A stretch of DNA of 64,000 nucleotides from Moniliella sp. 'wahieum' (Eukaryota): the NCBI GenBank assembly GCA_003971905.1, contig RSEE01000047.1, positions 434,001-498,000 on the forward strand, written 5' to 3'. The notes under the pieces are model-generated. The model was not told the origin of the DNA, did no database searches, and was given only the letters and a program-made list of their open reading frames with translations. The position numbers and the translations under genes are program-made. Of this stretch, positions 60,701 through 64,000 are shown in pieces (the first letter of the stretch is position 1; each line of letters opens with the position of its first letter).

Positions 60701-61623
60701 CAATTACCTCAGGTGCGGTCCCGACGGCGCACGGTCCCAACAAACAGCGTCGGTGCCCCACCAATTTGGGACGAGTCAGAGCACGAGTGGTGGCGTAGCG
60801 TGCCCCAGGTAGTCCTCTTCAGACGCGCACGCGTGGGGGCAAGACGATGCACCGCGATGGAGAACGGGCGTGTGGCGGTGGATGCGTTGGTGGTGGTGGC
60901 GGCTTGGTCGATTTGGTGGCGGCCGAGCCAATCTGACCGCGCAGGCTGCGCGTGCATCGGTGCAATTGCAAATGTTAATATTTTCAGCCAGCGGCGGATG
61001 AATGCACGGGCCAGGCGACGGATCTGGTTGGTTTCTTACCACGCCCCCCCCCCCAACCCGGCTGGCTTTGCCCGCCCCCCAAGGTCTGTTGCCTCGTTTA
61101 ACCCCCTCGTTCTGAGCCTCCAATCTTCCACTTCACGCTTCCCGCGCCTCATCTGCCACCCCCCAGGCCTCCGCTGACCCACACGCTTCTGTCGTCTGCC
61201 CAGCTTCTGTGTCTCTGCAGCCACCTCCCACCCCGTCCCGGGCCGGCTTTCTCACGTCCCCCTGCCTCCCCACCCGCCCCAGCGCCGCGCTCCCACCTCC
61301 CACGCACGCCCAGGCCATCCCCACCATTGACTCGGCCACCATCACTATTCATTCGGCCATCGCCACCGTCGGGCCGGCCAAGCGGAAGCAGGGAATGGTG
61401 CAGGGGATGGTGCATGGCGTTGTGCATGCTTGCTGGCCTCGGTCTGGCGTCCTGGCCGTCCAAGGTCACCGTCTCGGCTGCTGCCACCGCTGCCGCGCTT
61501 GAGTGGGCCGTCTGGACGCTTGGCTTGGCCATCTGGAAGCTCGTCTCGCCCATGTACCCACTTGCCTCGCACCCGTCCCAGCAGACCGTGCAGCTTGCCA
61601 TGCCGTCCCCGTCCGACGCTCTG

Positions 61624-62657
61624 CCTAGTCAGATATTCACGTGAAGGACTGCATAACTCCGTCGATTTTCTCTATGAAAATGACGTTTTTCGTCTCAGAA
61701 TTGCAGAGGTTGCAAATGTCAGGCACCACAGTGTGTAAGTGCGAAAATGTGGCGCCTGACAGATGGTGACCTCTGACAGTTTGGGCGCGGGGCCTGTGTG
61801 CTGGAATGCAGAGTTTACGCTGGCCCTCTGAAACGTGCGGAGGGCGAAGGGAGGTGCCTGACGGTTGGTGACCTCTGACAGTTTGGGTGCGGGGCCAGTG
61901 TCCTGGCGGTGCCAGCTCGAAATGATCGGCATGGGGGCTACTTACTAATGAGCCCGCATGTGCCATGTGACATGTGACACACGCTAAAGCCGCATGCGGC
62001 AACGGATGTGACAGGGTCCGGGGCGGGGAATGTTCCGTGCGGGGTGGAGCCAGAGTGCAACCGCGGTGGCATGACCGGGATGGGGCATTGCATGTACGTG
62101 TGAGGGTGGGTTACAATGGGTGTGTGACATGCGACGCGCTGTGGACGCCGCGGTTTGGTGACGATGGTACGCCCGACAGGCGACCGCATCCACGTGCGTT
62201 ACCGGGAGCGTTGAATGTTGAACGCCGGGGCTGGCCTGGAGCTGCAAAAGCGTGACGTGCCAATGCTTGCAGCTGCTGCCAAGATGCCGCGTGCCGGAGC
62301 GGGGGGGGCGGCCTCCTGCGGAGGAGGACGCAGTGGCGCAGGGTGTGCGCTCAGGTACATCGTTGGCAGCGCGCTCCCGCACGTCCCTCAGGCCCAGCGC
62401 TCAGTCTGAGCTGCCAGTGCTTAACGCCCAGCGCCCAGGCCTCAGGCCTTCAACGTTCAGGCCTTCGGTCCAGCTCGGTTGGGATTCACTGCAAAAGTGC
62501 GGCCCTGCTGTACTGCCGGTGGGCCTGGGGTGCAAATGCCAACTGTGTTTCGATGCATGCTGCAGATCAGGACAGTGCACACCAGTGCGCTGAGCTTGCC
62601 CTGAGCAAATATAGCCGGCCCTCCAACGCTGCTTGCGCCGTGTCCAGTCCCGACTCT
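61624..62657 (+). repeat. 1.03-kb direct repeat, copy 2
   Basis: Matches 58616-59670 except a 22-bp indel and a few substitutions. Confidence 0.95.
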
Positions 62658-64000
62658 TGCCTGGGTGGTGCCTGGGCGAGCGCCCAGTTGGGGATCGGCA
62701 ACGACAGTAGGCCCGTTCCTGGCCAATGCAATCACTAGTGTCATAGTGGCAACTCATGGCGGCAGCCACGGTCCCTGTCTCGATACTATGCTTGCGTTCT
62801 GTGTCAATTTGCGTCGCATCCTGTTTCTTCCGCCTCCACCCGGATACTTGTCTTTGCTCCAGCACTTGTTTTTTCGTCCTCCTCCGGTGTCAAGGCGTTC
62901 GACATGCGCCATCTGCTATGGCCTTTGCAGAGGCTAGTCTGTCTCTTCCACCTTGCCGTTAGGCCTGTGTTTGCGGGGGGGGGGGTGCTTTGGGTCCCAC
63001 GGGAGCGAAAGCCGCTCATCTTTGTTTCTCCCACCACCTGATGAGCCAGCGTGCTGTTTATCCCCCGTGCCTGGTTCTTCCCCTGGAGCGGCGAGGGCGT
63101 CAGCCACTGCATCCGCCAATCTTTCGTCTGTGATTCTCTCCTTCTGACTCTCATTGGGTGTCGCGCTGGCCGTTGGGTCAGGTGCTGCCGGGTTTGATTT
63201 ATGGCCCAGCTCGATGGTGTCGCCAGGGTGTGCGCCGTGCCACTAGGCTGGAACATGCGACTTGTTTATGTTGTGGCTCGGGTGGACACGGCGATCAGGG
63301 CAAAACGAGATGGTCATTGGATCTACGTACGAGACCCCATTGTGGATGGCAGAAGAGGGAGGGCAGATTACGGGTGGGGGGCAGGGGGGTTGGTTCGACC
63401 TGGGTGGGGTCATGGATCATCAGACTGGCGCCTGAACCGTGTCTGATTCTGGTCCGGGCCTGACCAGCGGACTCGGGCTGGCTCGAGCTGGGGTAGGATG
63501 TGAACACGACTGAGGTGTGGATTTGCTCGAGGGCGCTCAGCGGTCTTGGTTTGTGTTTGCAGTCGCTGGCAGGGGCAGAGCCAGAGCTGGAACCCTGATG
63601 CGCCGAGCCGTCCCAGGTTTTACCTGCATAACGATCTGTGTCAGACCAGGAAGGTGTGCTGCCACCACACGGGCGTGAAAGATGTGTTGGGGTGCAGTGT
63701 GTGGATCCGACCCATGTTCCACATCAAGCAGGGCACACTGCGGTGAGCTTTCGTTGCGGAAACAGCGGGCCCTCGAACGCTGCTGGCACCGTGGCCAGTG
63801 CCGAGTCTGGGCTGGGTGGTGCCTGGGCCAGGCGCTCATTGGGGATCGGCAACGACGGTGGTGCGTTCCTGGGCGGGCCAGGCGGGGCGATGGGTGCAGG
63901 GGGTAACGACGGTGGTGGTCAACAGAGACAAGGGGCGCCAGGATACAGGCCAAGCGCACCGCGGCAGGCCGGCGGAAAGAAATCATCCACCCGCGGGAGC

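Noticed and set aside
58616..62657. LTR retrotransposon (two long direct repeats)
   Set aside because: No TG..CA, PBS, PPT, TSD or gag/pol remnants
62800..62960. Copia gag zinc-knuckle remnant on the minus strand
   Set aside because: Only scattered residues across frames; unsupported

Overview
Eukaryotic fungal genomic DNA, most likely a basidiomycete of the Ustilaginomycotina. This rests on the 5.8S start CAACTTTTGGCAATGGATCTCTTGGTTCTCCC, the 18S end TTTCTGTAGGTGAACCTGCAGAAGG and a basidiomycete-type 5S; the divergent rDNA and very short ITS suggest a fast-evolving lineage such as Moniliella (unverified). Four zones. (1) 1-17.6 kb and 31.8-41.5 kb: compact, GC-rich housekeeping genes (arrestin-like, ALG5, cactin, HIS2, EST1/SMG6-like, LysRS, RTR1/RPAP2, UGO1, SDR, TSR4, NDK, RPL15, RPL5, yippee). 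(2) About 17.7-31.8 kb: a gene-poor, visibly less GC-rich island with RPS29, a secreted GH3 beta-glucosidase, GET2, a solo LTR and relics. (3) 45.5-55.3 kb: the border of the rDNA locus on the minus strand (decayed IGS/5S relic, 3'-truncated 28S, 5.8S, 18S, IGS subrepeats, intact 5S). (4) 55.3-64 kb: non-coding repeat-rich DNA. Nearly every CDS has 1-bp frameshifts at homopolymers (long-read assembly error), so CDS bounds are reconstructed across frames. Most notable observations: a pervasive signature of 7-bp tandem duplications centred on TNA; a compensatory base-pair swap in the 18S decoding helix; a 5S-derived sequence with a newly formed stem; a sharp homogenisation boundary in 28S; and a GCAACCCTA motif shared by ribosomal protein promoters and the rDNA spacer.
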